From: the human T2T-CHM13v2.0 reference genome, Homo sapiens | DNA: 64,000 nucleotides | NCBI RefSeq assembly: GCF_009914755.1 | Contig: NC_060928.1 | Strand: one strand, 5' to 3' | Part shown: positions 10,648-24,591 of the stretch, one piece after another | Numbering within the stretch: the stretch's first letter is position 1 | Layout of the letters: each line of letters opens with the position of its first letter | The notes under the pieces: generated by a model | What the model saw: the letters and a program-made list of their open reading frames with translations, nothing else | The model's database searches: none | What the model was told of the DNA's origin: nothing | Translations under genes and position numbers: made by a program

Positions 10648-11095
10648 TTTAGTGGATGCCTTGATGCACTGCCTAGATCCCTCTTCGTGACTGAAGGGCT
10701 TATTCTCAAGCTGCTGGGGGTTCTGGCTAGCCCTCCTTAGTTGTTTGCCCTCTCCAAAAATTTCCCTCAGCTGAAGAGAACCACCTCACAAGGTTATTCA
10801 TTTTCCTGGAGACAGACTGAATCTAAAAATCTGAAAATAAGTTGTCAATGCAGGTCATTATGGCCCGTCCCCTTTACCACAATTCAGACAATTTTAAAGG
10901 GACATCCTGGCTTCAGATCTCCCTATGTAGTCAAATGATGCTTCAAACATTGATACATTCAAACTTCTCCCTCATCCCAACCCTGCTTCCTTCCTTTTCC
11001 TACACAGGGATTAATCCTGAAAGTACTTTCCAGTAAATCTCTTGAACACTAATGCCCTTCTCAGAGTCAGCTGCCTGGGGATCCCAATCTTCAAT
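10648..11095 (+). mobile_element. LTR16-class ERVL LTR (3' LTR of the remnant above)
   Basis: Follows the purine tract; ...GCCTAGATCCCTCTTC...CAGCTGAAGAGAACCACCTCACAAGG...CCAGTAAATCTCTTGAACACTAAT pattern typical of LTR16/33. Confidence 0.6.
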
Positions 11096-12420
11096 AAATA
11101 GGGAAGAAAAGAAAGCCAATAAAAATTCCACTGATGAGAATGGCATCTGGGGCTTGATGCTCCTGGAACCCTCTCAGAGACTGCATTGAACATTTCTCAG
11201 AACTTTCCCACTGGAGGATGAGGTCAGAGTATTTATCCACCAATTTCTACACCTTCATTGGCTGAGTAGTCCCTCTGGGGGTTTTAACACTCTGGCACTT
11301 TCTTTCTGCTCTGTATATGGGCTGAGGAAGCTCCTGAGGATAGAGAACACTATCAAGTAGAAAGACTCAGGAAGCCATCAGCCTATATGGGGACTGTCCC
11401 CAAGGTGAGTATAGGGATTACAAGAGGAACATTGACATCGTCTGCAACAGGGGTCATATGGCACCATGTAGTATATTTCTACTGAGGAGAGAGAAAAGCT
11501 AAATTAAGTTTGGGGACAATAATAGGAATAGATTCAAGATGATTGCTGGAATAAAGTAGCATAAATCAGAGGCTAAGCGGAGGAGAAACAGCTAATGATG
11601 CTCTGTTATCATGTGTTTTCCACATGAAGTATATGAGATAGCACTAAGAGAGTGTGGATGGGTGTAGTAGCGTTGCTCTGGGGGAAAGATATATCATGAG
11701 CATATTTTACAAACCTATAAGCATTTCACTGGTTCCTGTCTTGAAGGAAAGACTACGCTCTTGAGGGCAGGAACTATCTTACTCATTTTTGATGTCTGGA
11801 ATTTCATAGGGTTAGGGTCATTCTGCCTTCCCATGCAAGGTGTTGTGATTGAGGTGATAGAGAGAGAAATAGGCTCACATATCAGCTCTGCCATTTAATA
11901 GCACTAAGGGTTTTGCTATGTTATTAAAACCATTTAAATCTCAGTTTCCTTATAAAATGGGTACAAAAATACATATTAAATAATATTGTTAAGAGAAGTC
12001 AAAGAATGCACAACACCTGGCACATCTTGTTGAGCAGTGCTCAAGAGATATCATTGCCACTTCCTCAAAAAGTTTTGAGATGAATGAATTAACATATCTA
12101 GACTTACTTTAAAATGTCAGTAATACTACAGAAATCCAAAAGTTGTTATGGAGTTCATGATTATATTGTTCAGAGCCAAATTAATGTTACAAGTTTTGAT
12201 TTCAGTGACATCATCAAAGAAGGCTTCTCAAAGGCTCCAACATGTTTAGTATTTAAATTTAGTTACTACAGTATGTTTGGATGGAAACAAAGTGACAGCC
12301 ACAATGGTGATTGATTAGATCATTTGAAATCTGTTTATTATTAGTGTGTTTAAAATGCCTTTTTGGACCAATGCCACTGTACTCCACTTGATAATTATAC
12401 AGCAGCTTGGGATTTAAACT

Positions 12421-15400
12421 TTACCCTAGAATAGCATATCTGGCAAAAATATCCTTCAAACATGAAGGATGAATAAATACTTTCCCAGACAGAAGCGGAG
12501 AAATTTCATCAATACCTGACCTGTCCTACAAAAAATGCAAAGGGAGTACTTCAATCAAAAAGAAAAGGACATTAATGAACAATAAATAATCACCCAAAGG
12601 TACAACTTACTGGTAATAGTAACTACCCAGAAAAACACAGAATATGTAACTGTGGTGTGTAAACTACTCTTGTCCTAAGTAGAAAAACTAAATGGTAAAT
12701 GAATCAAAAACAATAACTATAACTTTTCAACACATAGTACAACAAGATAGAAACAACAAAAAATTAAAAATTGGGGCAACAGAGTTAAGGTGTAGAATTT
12801 GTATTTGTTTTCTTTTTGCTTGTTTGTTTATGCAAATAGTGTTATCAAGTTTAAATAATGGGTTATAAGATAGTATTTGCAAGCTTTGTGGTAACCTCAA
12901 ACCAAAAAGTATACAATGGATAAACAAAAAATAAAACGAAACAAAATTATATCACCAGAGAAAATCACCTTCACTAGAATAAGACAGTAAGGAAAGAAAG
13001 AAGGAAGAGAAGACCATTAAACAAGCAGAAAACAAATAACAAAATGGCAGGAGTAAGTCCTTACTTATCAACAATAACATTGAATGTAAATGGGCAAAAC
13101 TCTCCAATCAAAAGACCAAGATTAGTTGAATGGATGGAACAACAAGACCCACTGATCTGTTGCCTACAAGAAACACACTTCACCTATAAAGACACATAGA
13201 CTGAAAATATCAGGGTGGAAAAAGATATTCCATGCCAATGGAAACCAAAAAAGAACAAGTCACTATACTTGTATCAGACAAAATAGATTTCAAGACAAAA
13301 ACCATATGAGACAAAGAAGGTCACCATATAATTATAAATGAGTCAATTTAGCAAGAAGATAGAACAATTTTAAATATATATGCACCCAACACTGGATGAC
13401 CCAGATATATAAAGAAAATATCATTAGAGCTAAAGAGGGAGATAGGCCCCAATATAATAATAGCTGGAGATGTCAACACCCTACTTTCAGCATTGGACAG
13501 ATCTTCTAGGCAGAAAATCAACAAGGAAACATCAGACTCTATCTGCACTACAGACTAAATGGATCTAATATTTACAGAACATTTCATCCCAGAGCTGCAG
13601 AATACACATTCTTTCCCTCAGCACATGGATCATTCTCAAGGATAGATTATTTGTTAGGTCACAAAACTCGTCTTAACACATTCAAAAAAATGAAATAATA
13701 TCAAGCATCTTCTGTGACCACAATGGAATAAAACTAGAAATTAATAACAAGAGGAATTTTGGAAACTATAAAAATACATAGTAATTAAACAATATGCTTC
13801 TGAATAACCAGTGGGTCAATGAATAAGAAGGAAATTGAAAATTTTCTTGAAACAATTGATAATGGAAACACAACATACAAAAACCTATGGGATACAGCAG
13901 AAGCAGTACTAAGAGGAACATTTATAGCTGTAAGTGCCTACATCAAAGAAGAGGAAAAACTTCCAGTGAACAATCTAACAATGTATCTTAAAGAACTAGA
14001 AAGGCAAGAGAAACCAAACCCAAAATTTGTAGAAGAAATAGCAAAGGTCAGAGCAAAAATAAATGAGTTTGAAATAAAAAAATACAAAAAGTCAATGAAA
14101 TAAAATGTTGTTTTTTAAAAAGTTAAACAAAATTAACCTTTAGCTAGACTAAGAAAAAAGAGATGATCCAAATAAATAATATCAGAAATAAGGAGACATT
14201 ACAACTAAGACTGGAGAAATTCAAAGGATCACTAGTGGCTACTACGACCAACTATATGCCAATAATTTGAAAATCTAGAAGAAGAACAAATTCCTAGATA
14301 CATACAATCTACCAAGATTGAACCAGGAAGAAATCCAAAACCTTAACAGCCCAATAAGAAGTAACGAGATTGAAGCCCTAATAAAAGTTTCCCAGTAAAG
14401 AAAAACCTGGGACCTGATAGCTTCACTGCTGAATTCTACCAAACATTTAAAGAACTAATACTAAACCTACTCAAAGTACTCCAAAACATAGAATAGGAGA
14501 GAATACTACCAAACTCATTCTACAAGGCTAGTATTAACCTGAGAGCAAAACCAAAGACACATCAAAAAAATAAGGCCAATGTCTCTGATGAATATTGATA
14601 CAAAAATCCTCAGCAAAATACTAGCAAATCAAATTCAACAATACGTTAGAATTATCATTCATTATGACCAAGTGGGATTTATTCCTGGGATGCAAGGATG
14701 GTTCAACATATGCAAATCAATCAATGTGATACATAATATCAACAGAATGAAGGATAAAAACCATATGATCATTTCAATTGATGCTGAAAAGCATTTGATA
14801 AAATTCAATATTGCTTCATGATAACCATCAAAAAACTGGGGACAGAAGGAGCATACCTCAACATAATAAAAGTCATATATAACAGACCCACAGCTAGTAT
14901 CATACTGAATGGGAAAAAACTGAAAGTCTCTTTTCTAAGATTTGGAACATGACAAGAATGACTACTGTCACCACTGTTATTCAACATATTGCTGGAAGTC
15001 CTAGCTAGAGCAATCAGACAAGAGAAAGATATAAAGGCATCCAAATTGGAAAGGAAGAAGTCAAATTATCCTTGTTTGCAGCTGATATGATCTTATATTT
15101 GGAAAAACCTAAAGACTCCACAGAAAACTATTAGAACTGATAAACAAATTCAGTAAAGTTGCAGGATACAAAATCCAAATACAAAAATCAGTAGCATTTC
15201 TATATATCAACAGTAAACAATCTGAAAAAGAAATTTAAAAAGTAATTCCATTTACGATCACCACACATAAAATTAAATACATATAAATTAACCAAAGAAG
15301 TGAAAGATTTCTATAATGAAAGCTATAAAACACTGATGAAAGCAACTGAAAAGAACACCAAAAAATAACAAAATATTTCATGTTCATTGACTGGAAGAAT

Positions 15401-17172
15401 CAATATTGTTAAAACATTCATACAACCCAAAGCAATATACAGATTTAATGCAATCCCTATCAAAATACCAATGACATTCTTCACAGAAATAGGAAAAACA
15501 ATCCTGAAATTTATATGAAACCATGAAAGACCCAGAACAGCCAAAGTTATCCTAAGCAAAAAGAACAAAACTGGAGGAATCACATTACCTGACTTCAAAT
15601 TATACTACAGAGCTATAGTAACCAAAACAGTATGGCAGTGGCATAAAATGGACACATGGACCAATGGAAGAGAATTGAGAACCCAGAAACAAATCCACAC
15701 ACCTACAGTGAATTCATTTTTGACAAAGATGCCAAGAACATACACTGGAGAAAAGACAGTCTCTTCAATAAATGGTGCTGGGAAAACTGGATATCCATAT
15801 GCAGAAGAATGAAGCTAGACTCCTATCATCACATACAAAAATCAAATCAAAACGGATTAAAAGACTTAAATGTAAGACCTCAAACTGTGAAACTACTATA
15901 AGAAGACATTAGGGAATATCTCCAGTACATTGGTCTGGGCAAAAAAATTATTGAGCAATACCCCCACAAGCACAAGCAACTAAAGCAAAAAAAAAAAAAA
16001 AAAAGGTGGACAAATGGGATCACATCAAGTGTAAAAGCTTCTGCACAGCAAAGTATACAATCAATAAAGTGAAGAGATAATCCATAGAACAGGAGAAAAT
16101 ATTTGCAAACTACCCATCTGACAAAGGATTAATAACCAGAAATATAAGGAGCTCCAACAATTCTATAAGAAAAAATCTAATAATCCAATCAAAAAAGGGG
16201 CAAAAGACTTGAACATACATTTCTCAAGAGAAAACATACAAATGGCAAACAGGCATATGAAAAAGTGCTCAACATCATTGATCATCAGAGAAAGGCAAAT
16301 CAAAACTGTAATGAGATATCATTTCACTCCAGTTAAAATGGTTTATATCCGAGAGACGGGCAATAACTCTGGCGAGGATGTGGAGGAAATGTAACCCTTT
16401 TACACTGTTGGTAGAAGTACAAATTAGTACAACCACTGTGGAGCAGTTAGAAGGTTCCTCAAAACTAACAATTGAGCTACCATATGATCCAGCAATGCTG
16501 CTGGGTATATACCCAAAAGAAAGAAAATCAGTATATCAAAGAGATATCTGCACTCCTATGTTTGTTGAAGCACTCTTTACAATAGCTAAGATTTGGAAGC
16601 AACCTAAGTGTCCATCAGCAGATGAATGGATAAAGAAAATGTGGTACATATACACAATGGAGTAGTATTCAGCCGTAAAAAAGAATAAGATCCAGTTATT
16701 TGCTACAACATGGATGGAACTGGAATGTTAATGAAATAAGCCAGGCACAGAAAGACAAACATTGCATGTTCTCAATTATTTGTGGAATCTAAAAATTAAA
16801 ACAATTGAACTTGTTGACACAGAAAGTAGAAGAATGGTTACCAGAGGCTGGGAAGCATAGTAGGGGGCTAGGGGGGAGGTGGGGATGCTTCATGGGTACC
16901 AAAAACTATACTTAGAAAGAATAGATAAGACTTAGTATTTGATAGCACAATAGGGTGACTATAATCAAGAATAATTTAATTGTACATTTTAAAATAACTT
17001 AGAGTGTTTAATTGGATTGTTTGTAACTCAAATGATAAATGCTTGAGGGGATGGTTATCCCATTCTCCATAATGTACTTATTTCACATTGCATGCCTGTA
17101 TCAAAACATCTCATGTACCTCATAAATACATACACATACTATGTACCCACAAAAAATTTAAAAATAAAATAA
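12421..17172 (+). mobile_element. 5'-truncated L1MA1/2-like LINE (ORF1 end, ORF2, 3' UTR)
   Basis: ORF2 fragments 13819-14103, 14579-14821, 15656-15901 and 16378-16665; L1MA-type 3' UTR ending ...ATGTACCCACAAAAAATTTAAAAATAAAA. Confidence 0.9.
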
Positions 17173-17174
17173 GA

Positions 17175-17481
17175 GGCCAGGCGCAGTGGCTCACACCTGT
17201 AATCCCAGTGCTTTGGGAGGCCAAGGCAGATGGATCACTTGAGGTCAAGAGTTTGACACCAGTCTGGGCATCATGTTGAAACCCCATATCTACTAAAAAT
17301 ACAAAAAAAAAAAATTAGCTGGGTGTGGTAGGGCGGGGGGCACCTGTAATCCTAGCTGATTGGGAGGCTGAAAATCACTTGAATCCAAGAGGCGGAGGTT
17401 GCAGTGAGCTGAGATCGTGCCACTGCACTCCAGCCTGGGCAACAGGGTGAGACTGCATCTCAAATAAAAAAAATAAATAAG
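17175..17481 (+). mobile_element. Alu (S-type, small deletion in right arm) inserted in the L1MA tail
   Basis: GGCCAGGCGCAGTGGCTCACACC...; A-rich tail; AAATAAGA on both sides. Confidence 0.92.
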
Positions 17482-18080
17482 AATAACGATAGTAAACGGG
17501 AAGAGCTGACCTTCTTTAGGGGCTGTGACCTTAAGAGCTTGAGAAACCTTCTGCACAAAATAGAAGTAACTACTTCCCTACTTTTGCTCAAGGCAGTGAT
17601 ACCTCAGCTTCAGTACGTAAGACAGAGTCATTGTAGTAGTTTCATCACCACTCTAGTTTAAACTTAGATCCCTCCTCGCACTCTCAACAGAAATATTGAA
17701 GGTAAGGGATGCATATGATTGCTAGCAGATCCTTTGCACTTGGAAAGTATGTTTTGATGATGATAACAACATCAAATTTCAACTAGGCAAAGAGTCATGT
17801 AACTTTCCTCAATAAACTTTTAAAGCAGTCCTGTGAAGTGGACAAGACAGATATTGGGAGCCCTGTTTATAGGTGGCTTTTAAGTGGCAAAGATGGAGTA
17901 AGACCTATTAAATCATCAATAATGTTACCCATGATTCTAATACTCATTAAATTCTTGAGTCGCCTCTATTCTATCTCTCCCAAATGGCTGCTAGCCTATA
18001 GGTGAATACCACCAATGTTACAGAACCCACTATGAGAAAGAGAGGTATATTGAGGGCCCAACCTCAGAACAATGCTTAAA

Positions 18081-18511
18081 CTGTATAAACCAGGGCACTT
18101 CAAAGAAACAGAAACAATAGTGTCTGTCTGTCTGTCTTTCTCTCTCTCTCTCAAAATCCATATATGTATAATATAAAGATTATGAGGAACTGACTCACAT
18201 GATAATGGAGGCTGAGAAGGTTCATGATTCCCATCTGCAAGCTGGAGACCCAGGAAAGCTGGTGGTGTAATTTCAGTCCAAATCCAAAGGCCCGAATCCC
18301 TGTGTCCTCTGGGTTTCTGTTCTATTCAGGCCCCTCAGTGGATTTGATGATACCCACCCACATTGAGGAGGGCAATCTGTTTGACTGAGTCAACCAATTC
18401 AAATGCTAATCTCATCCAGAAATACCTTCACACGCACACCCCGAAACAGTGTTTAATTAATATGGGCACCCCATGGAGCAGTCAAGTTGATATATAAAAT
18501 TAGCCATCACA
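18081..18511 (-). mobile_element. MLT2-family LTR (MLT2B/C-like)
   Basis: GAGGAACTGACTCACATGATAATGGAGGCTGAGAAG...AAGTTGATATATAAAATTAGCCATCACA; internal (TGTC)n(TC)n tract. Confidence 0.75.
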
Positions 18512-18679
18512 GAAGCCATCTCAACTTTAGAACCCCATGGGGTTTCTAGGCCTTTGTTGTGACTGCATCCCAGCCCAACTTCTTCCACTACCTCAAGGCT
18601 ATATGAAAGACTGTTAGCAGTTCATGTGGAGTTACCAGTGTACTGTGAATGCCTATCCCACCCTCTTAGTGGGAGTGAG

Positions 18680-19060
18680 TGTGATGATTAGTTTTATATG
18701 CCAATATGGCTAGGCTATAGTACCCAATTATTCCATTAAACACTAATCTGGATGTTGCTGTGAAGTTATTTTGTAGGTGCAGTTAACATCTGTCAGTTGA
18801 CCTTAAGTATATAATAAAGATAATAATAAAGATATTATTGTCTTCAATAATCTGGGTGGCCTAGATTGAATCCAATCCATTGAAAGGCCTTATGAGCAAA
18901 ATTGAGGTGTCTCTGAGGAAGAAGAAATTTTGCTTATGAATTATAGCATCAGCTCCTGCCTAGGAGTTTTGGGCCTGCCACCCTGTCCTACAGATTTCAG
19001 ACCTGCAAACTCCCACAATCAATATAAGCCAATTTCTTGAAATCTCTTTAATATCTTGAA
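18680..19060 (+). mobile_element. MLT2D-like LTR
   Basis: TGTGATGATTAGTTTTATATGCCAATATGGCTAGGCTATAGTACCC...CTACAGATTTCAGACC...AGCCAATTTCTTGAAAT. Confidence 0.72.
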
Positions 19061-19248
19061 ATAAACATAGTGGTGTGGTGGTGGGGCCAGATGGACAGGG
19101 TTGAAGAATGAAAGATAATAAGGAAATGGAAACAGAGGACAGAAGTTCACCTTTAAAAAAGTTTTAAATTTACTTTTGAGGGGTTTGGTCGTGATGGTAA
19201 GAGATTGGGGGTCAGCTGGAGATGGATGTGAGATCACTGGAGTTGGGG

Positions 19249-19250
19249 CG

Positions 19251-19277
<27 letters not shown>
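19249..19277. repeat. (TG)n microsatellite
   Basis: About 14 uninterrupted GT units. Confidence 0.95.
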
Positions 19278-19281
<4 letters not shown>

Positions 19282-20218
19282 CTAATGGAATGCTATTGAA
19301 ATGACCTAATGGAGAGGAAAACGTTGAAGACAGAAGATAAAAGAGACAAGACATGGCATAAAGTTCCAAAGTGGAGAGTGGGGGAGGTCCTGGGCACAGC
19401 AGGAGAGATTGGCCTTGGATGCAGAGGGAGGGCAGTTACTCTATAAGAAGAAAACTAGGAAGGAGGAAAGAATGAATGTAAATCTGACAGGGAATAGAGA
19501 TCTGGAAATGGGAAAGTAAAATGGGTTTTCCAAAACAGCTGCAATTTTCTTTATGAAATTAGAAGTAATAGTAGAAAGTAAAATTCTGACTTATCTGCTC
19601 ATTGATTAGCTTGTATACTACTTGCCAGCATATATTTGAGAATCCAATAAATGAATGAATGTTGACCTTTGTTGTGTTTTTATAATGGTTGATAAAGTTT
19701 TTAGTAAAATTGCTGAAAAGGTTTTAAAAATTCCAAATGATCACTTCCAGCTAGCTTTTGGGCCACCTATAAATAAATCATTTCACAGCTGCTAAAGTGG
19801 AGTTTGGAAATCCCCTACTCAAATGTAAACAGAAGACTCTCCCAATGTACTTTTCTTTTTCTTTTTTTTTTTTTTTTAAGCTCAGTCAGCAGGACTCAAA
19901 ACTTCCTTCACTCTCTGTGAAAATTAAAGGGAAGCCGTGACTTTATGTGGTCTCCATAGATGGAAACCATTTTGCATTTATGCTCTCTGATCTTGATTGA
20001 TCCCATAACACTGTTCTCAATCTTTTATCTTTGGAAGGAAAAAAAATGGTGATACAGAAGACATGGAGATTAAAATAATAAATTCCTATTTTCCCAGCTC
20101 CAGAATCAACAACTGCTAACATTTAGTCATATTTACTTCAAATCTCTTTTTTTCTTTTTACTAAAAGGCATGAAATGTAACCAGTAAAGTTGAAAAGTCC
20201 TTGAGTGTGGAAAAGTCA

Positions 20219-20642
<424 letters not shown>

Positions 20643-21507
20643 CTAGGAAAGAGAGGAGTCCTCCTCTTCTCTTAGGAGAGGGCAGTAGAAAGATTCAAGT
20701 TGGTGGCAGAAAGTTGAGAAAGTTTTTGTCTTATTGTTGTTACTTTTTCTGTGAGGTAGAAACTCACTTAAGCCCATCCATTTGTTAAGCTTGAAGGGGA
20801 AGTTAGTGTGCTCAGGAGCTTGAAGAAAATGGAGATTTGAAGTGCAGGAGGCAAAAGGGACCTGATATGGTTCTGGCTCAGTAAGTTACTTCCTCTGGGA
20901 CTTTAGTCAAATCTGAATATCCTCTGTTGCAGTATCTTCTGTCAAAGGATAGAATTACAACAAATGGTGTCTAAGGTCTTTTCAGAATGTGAATCACAGG
21001 GTCTACCTTCAAGTTAACCCAAACCATTGGAAAGGCTTCTCCCAGAATTCTCATTTTAGGAGTGCTTCAAGGCAGGGCCACCCTTTACAATGTGATTCTA
21101 TTCAATGGTCTGGGAAGCTGGCTGGCTGAAAAATTTCAGTGTGTTTCCCTCATTGTGAGTTGTGACACAGCTCCTCTGTTTTAAAGATGGCACTTTGCCA
21201 GCATTAACTAACTTCGTTGTTCATGACAGTTTTGAGGAGGAAACGGTGACATGCAGTCCAAAGTCTTGAGTACTTTATGCCATGCCAAAATGCTATAAAA
21301 TCATCAAGTATCACCACTTAAAAGAATTTTAGCAATCATTTTATTCAAACACTCAGCCAGAGCACGGGGTCACATAGAAAGAACATTGCACAAATAGCAT
21401 TGACTGATTTTTTTTTCCATCCTTTATGACTTTGGGGCACAGTATTATGTTCTTGTTCTATGCCAAAATAGACTTTACTATGACAAGTATAAGCTACCAG
21501 GAATATT

Positions 21508-21563
21508 GTGACAGCACAGACACTGTCAGTGATATTGTCAGTGACATTGTCAGAGTGACAGCA
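21508..21563. repeat. Short 12-bp tandem repeat rich in TGTCA/TGACA
   Basis: ACTGTCAGTGAT-ATTGTCAGTGAC-ATTGTCAGAGTGAC, bracketed by GTGACAGCA twice. Confidence 0.8.
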
Positions 21564-24500
21564 GACAGACTGTTAAGATGCACCTCAGAATAGTACTTAG
21601 TCCTCATGAACTCCTTTAGCAGCAGCAACGATAGGAAAAAAGCTGTCTTGACTTCTGGTGGTCCTGTTCCAGCTACCTCTTGGTTAGCTGAAGTTTGCTC
21701 TCCGATAGATTTCTTAAGAAGGGGCCTTCAGAGCAGTAATTCATGAGTTCTTGAATGTCCAAAACTTCCTTTTGCCTTTATCCTTGAATGGCAGTTTGTC
21801 TAGATTATCCCTAGCACAACTGACTAGTCATAGTTCTCTATCCTTTCCTCATTGCATCCTTTCTTGCTTTGAAGGAAGGTGCATAACCAATTTTTTTGTA
21901 AGAATAGTCACTAATATTACTTGAAGGGTTATAAGAGATTTTTAAGTTAACACTCAGTGCAGTTATACTGTTATATCCTTTATATTTATGCCTTTGGGGA
22001 AAGGGATGTCTGTTATCTGAGAAATGGTTATGTTAAAGAAAAAAACAAAATGGTCTTGGTTGAGACTTGGCTGGAAATTACATTTCTAAATTTGTTTACT
22101 GTTTAAGAAACAAGCTACTCTGAAAAGATTTGATCACCACATATTTAGTGTGTGTTCAAAAGTAATTATTAACACTCCACTCCTGCTTGCCAATGAATAT
22201 TGATTGTATTGTCCCTACAGAGAGTAAAAGAAATCTCAGAAGTCCTCTCTTTACCACAGAGGAACTTGCATGACAATATAGCACTGTTCTCTGTTATTGA
22301 GACTATGGTAATACAGCTTTCTAATCAACCAGTAGGGACTTTTTCCTTTAAGTTTCAACATAATCCAAATGAGCAGCTAACATTGTTGGTTTAAGATAAG
22401 GATCTTTTTTACTGGAACCTTATATAGGAGAGAATAATGACAGTAAACAAAACCAGCGTGCTCAGAGATGTGTGACTTCAAATATGCTATTGTCGTTGGT
22501 CTTGGGCTCACCTTATCCTGAGGAATATTTCCTTCCTCTTATTAACCTTTATCATTAGAAACAGAAATATATCTAATCTTAAGTGAGGTGAAGAAAACAC
22601 TACTTCACCTGAGTACAACTCTGAGATCATGAATTCCCAGAGTTGAAAAGGACAGCAGAAGTCACCTAACCAAATAACCTAATTGTCCAGATGAGGAAAA
22701 AGTAATCTAAGTTGACTAACAGCATTGCCAAGGTCACATAACTAGTAGATCTGAGAGTAAAGCCCGAGCCAAGATGGCTCATACTTCCTTATCCAATGTT
22801 CTTTTTGTCATGCAATCCTAATCTTGATATAGAAAAAAAGAGGAAGACACAGAATTCCAGACCTAATTGTATTAACAGAATACAATTTTCAAAGCAAAAT
22901 GAACTAAGAGCCAAAGATACATACAAATGAAACATTCCCCTACTCAAAGACATTCTTGGCTTCCTGTAGTTTCAAAGTCTATTTGAAATCTTTGTCTCCT
23001 GCCCTTCACACCATTCCAATAGCTTGGAGACTGATGTCAAGATTTCAAATCTAAAACACAAAATGGCAAAATCAATTTGGTCTAATTCTTCATACTTAAG
23101 TCAATTAAATCTGTGATCTCATAGAAAAACAGTTTCTTAGATGATCGTCATGGAATAAATAAGTTTTGGACCCAAGTCTTTGTAGTGTCTATCATTCTGT
23201 TGCCCACTGGGATTCTGCTCATTACAAGAGAGTCATCAAAAAAGAAGTTCCAGAAGTTTAATTCAAAAAACAACATTAGGAGTGGCTGGCAAGATGGCCG
23301 AACAAGAACAGCTCCAGTCTGCAGCTTCCAGCAAGATCAATGCAGAAAGTGGGTGATTTCTGCATTTCCAACTGAGGTTCCCAGCTCATCTCACTGGGAC
23401 TAGTTAGACAGTGTGTGCATCCCACGGAGGGCGAGCTGAAACAGGGTGGGGCATTGCCTCACCTGGGAAGCACAAGGGGTCAGGGAACTCCCTCCCCTAG
23501 CCAAGGGAAGCTGTGAGGGACTCTGCCATGATGAACAGTGCATTCCAGCCCAGATACTCCACTTTTCCCACAGTCTTCGCAACCCACTGACAAGGATATT
23601 CCCTCGGGTGCCTACACCACGAGGGCCCTGGGTTTCAATCACAAAACCGGGCAGCTGTTTGGGCAGACACCAAGCTAGCTGCAGGAGTTTTTTTTTTTTT
23701 TCAAACCCCAGTGGTGCCTGGAACACCAGTGAGACCTAACCATTCACTCCCCTGGAAAGCGGGCTGAAGCCAGGGAGCCAAGTGGTCCAGCTCAGCACAT
23801 CCCACCCCCATGGAGCCCAGCAATCTAAGATCCACTGGCTTGAAATTCTCACTGCCAGCACAGCAGTCTGAAGTTGACCTGGGATGCTGGAGCTTGGTGG
23901 GGGGAGGGGCAGCTGCCATCACTGAGGCTTGGGTAGGCGGTTTTTCCCTCACAGTGTAAACGAAGCCGCCAGGAAGCTCAAACTCGGTGGAGCCCACCAC
24001 AGCTCTGCAAAGCCGCTGTAGCCAGACTCTAGATTCCTCCTCTCTGGGCAGGGCATCTCTGAAAGAAAGTCAGCAGCCCCAGTCAGGGGTTTATAGATAA
24101 AACTCCCATCTCCCTGAGACAAAGCACCTCGGGGAAGGGGCAGCTGTGGGCACAGCTTCAGCAGACTTAAACGTTCCTGCCTGCCAGCTCTGAAGAGAGT
24201 AGCAGATCTCCCAGCACAATGCTCAAGCTCTGCTAAGGGACAGACTGCCTCCTCAAGGGGGTCCCTGACCCCATGCCACCTGACTGGGAGACACTTCATA
24301 CAGAAGAGCTCTGGCTGGCATCTGGCGGGTGCCCCTCTGGGATGAAGCTTCCAGAGGAAGGAGCAGCAGCAATCTTTGCTCTTCTGCAGCTTCCACGGGT
24401 GATACCCAGGCAAAGAGAGTATGGAGTGGACCTCCAGCAAACTCCAGCAGACCTGCAGTGGAGGGGGCTGACTGTTAGAAGGAAAACAAACAGAAAGGAA

Positions 24501-24591
24501 GAGCATCAATATCAACAAAAAGGACGTCCACACAGAAACCCCTTCTGAAGGTCACCAACATCAAAGACCAAAGGTAGATAAATCCATGAAG

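Noticed and set aside
22586-22610. AGGTGAAG...CTTCACCT inverted repeat
   Set aside because: An 8-bp stem is expected by chance in 64 kb.
23949-24533. 194-aa antisense ORF in the L1 5' UTR
   Set aside because: Non-ATG start in GC-rich L1 UTR sequence where long stop-free frames are common; no domain recognised.
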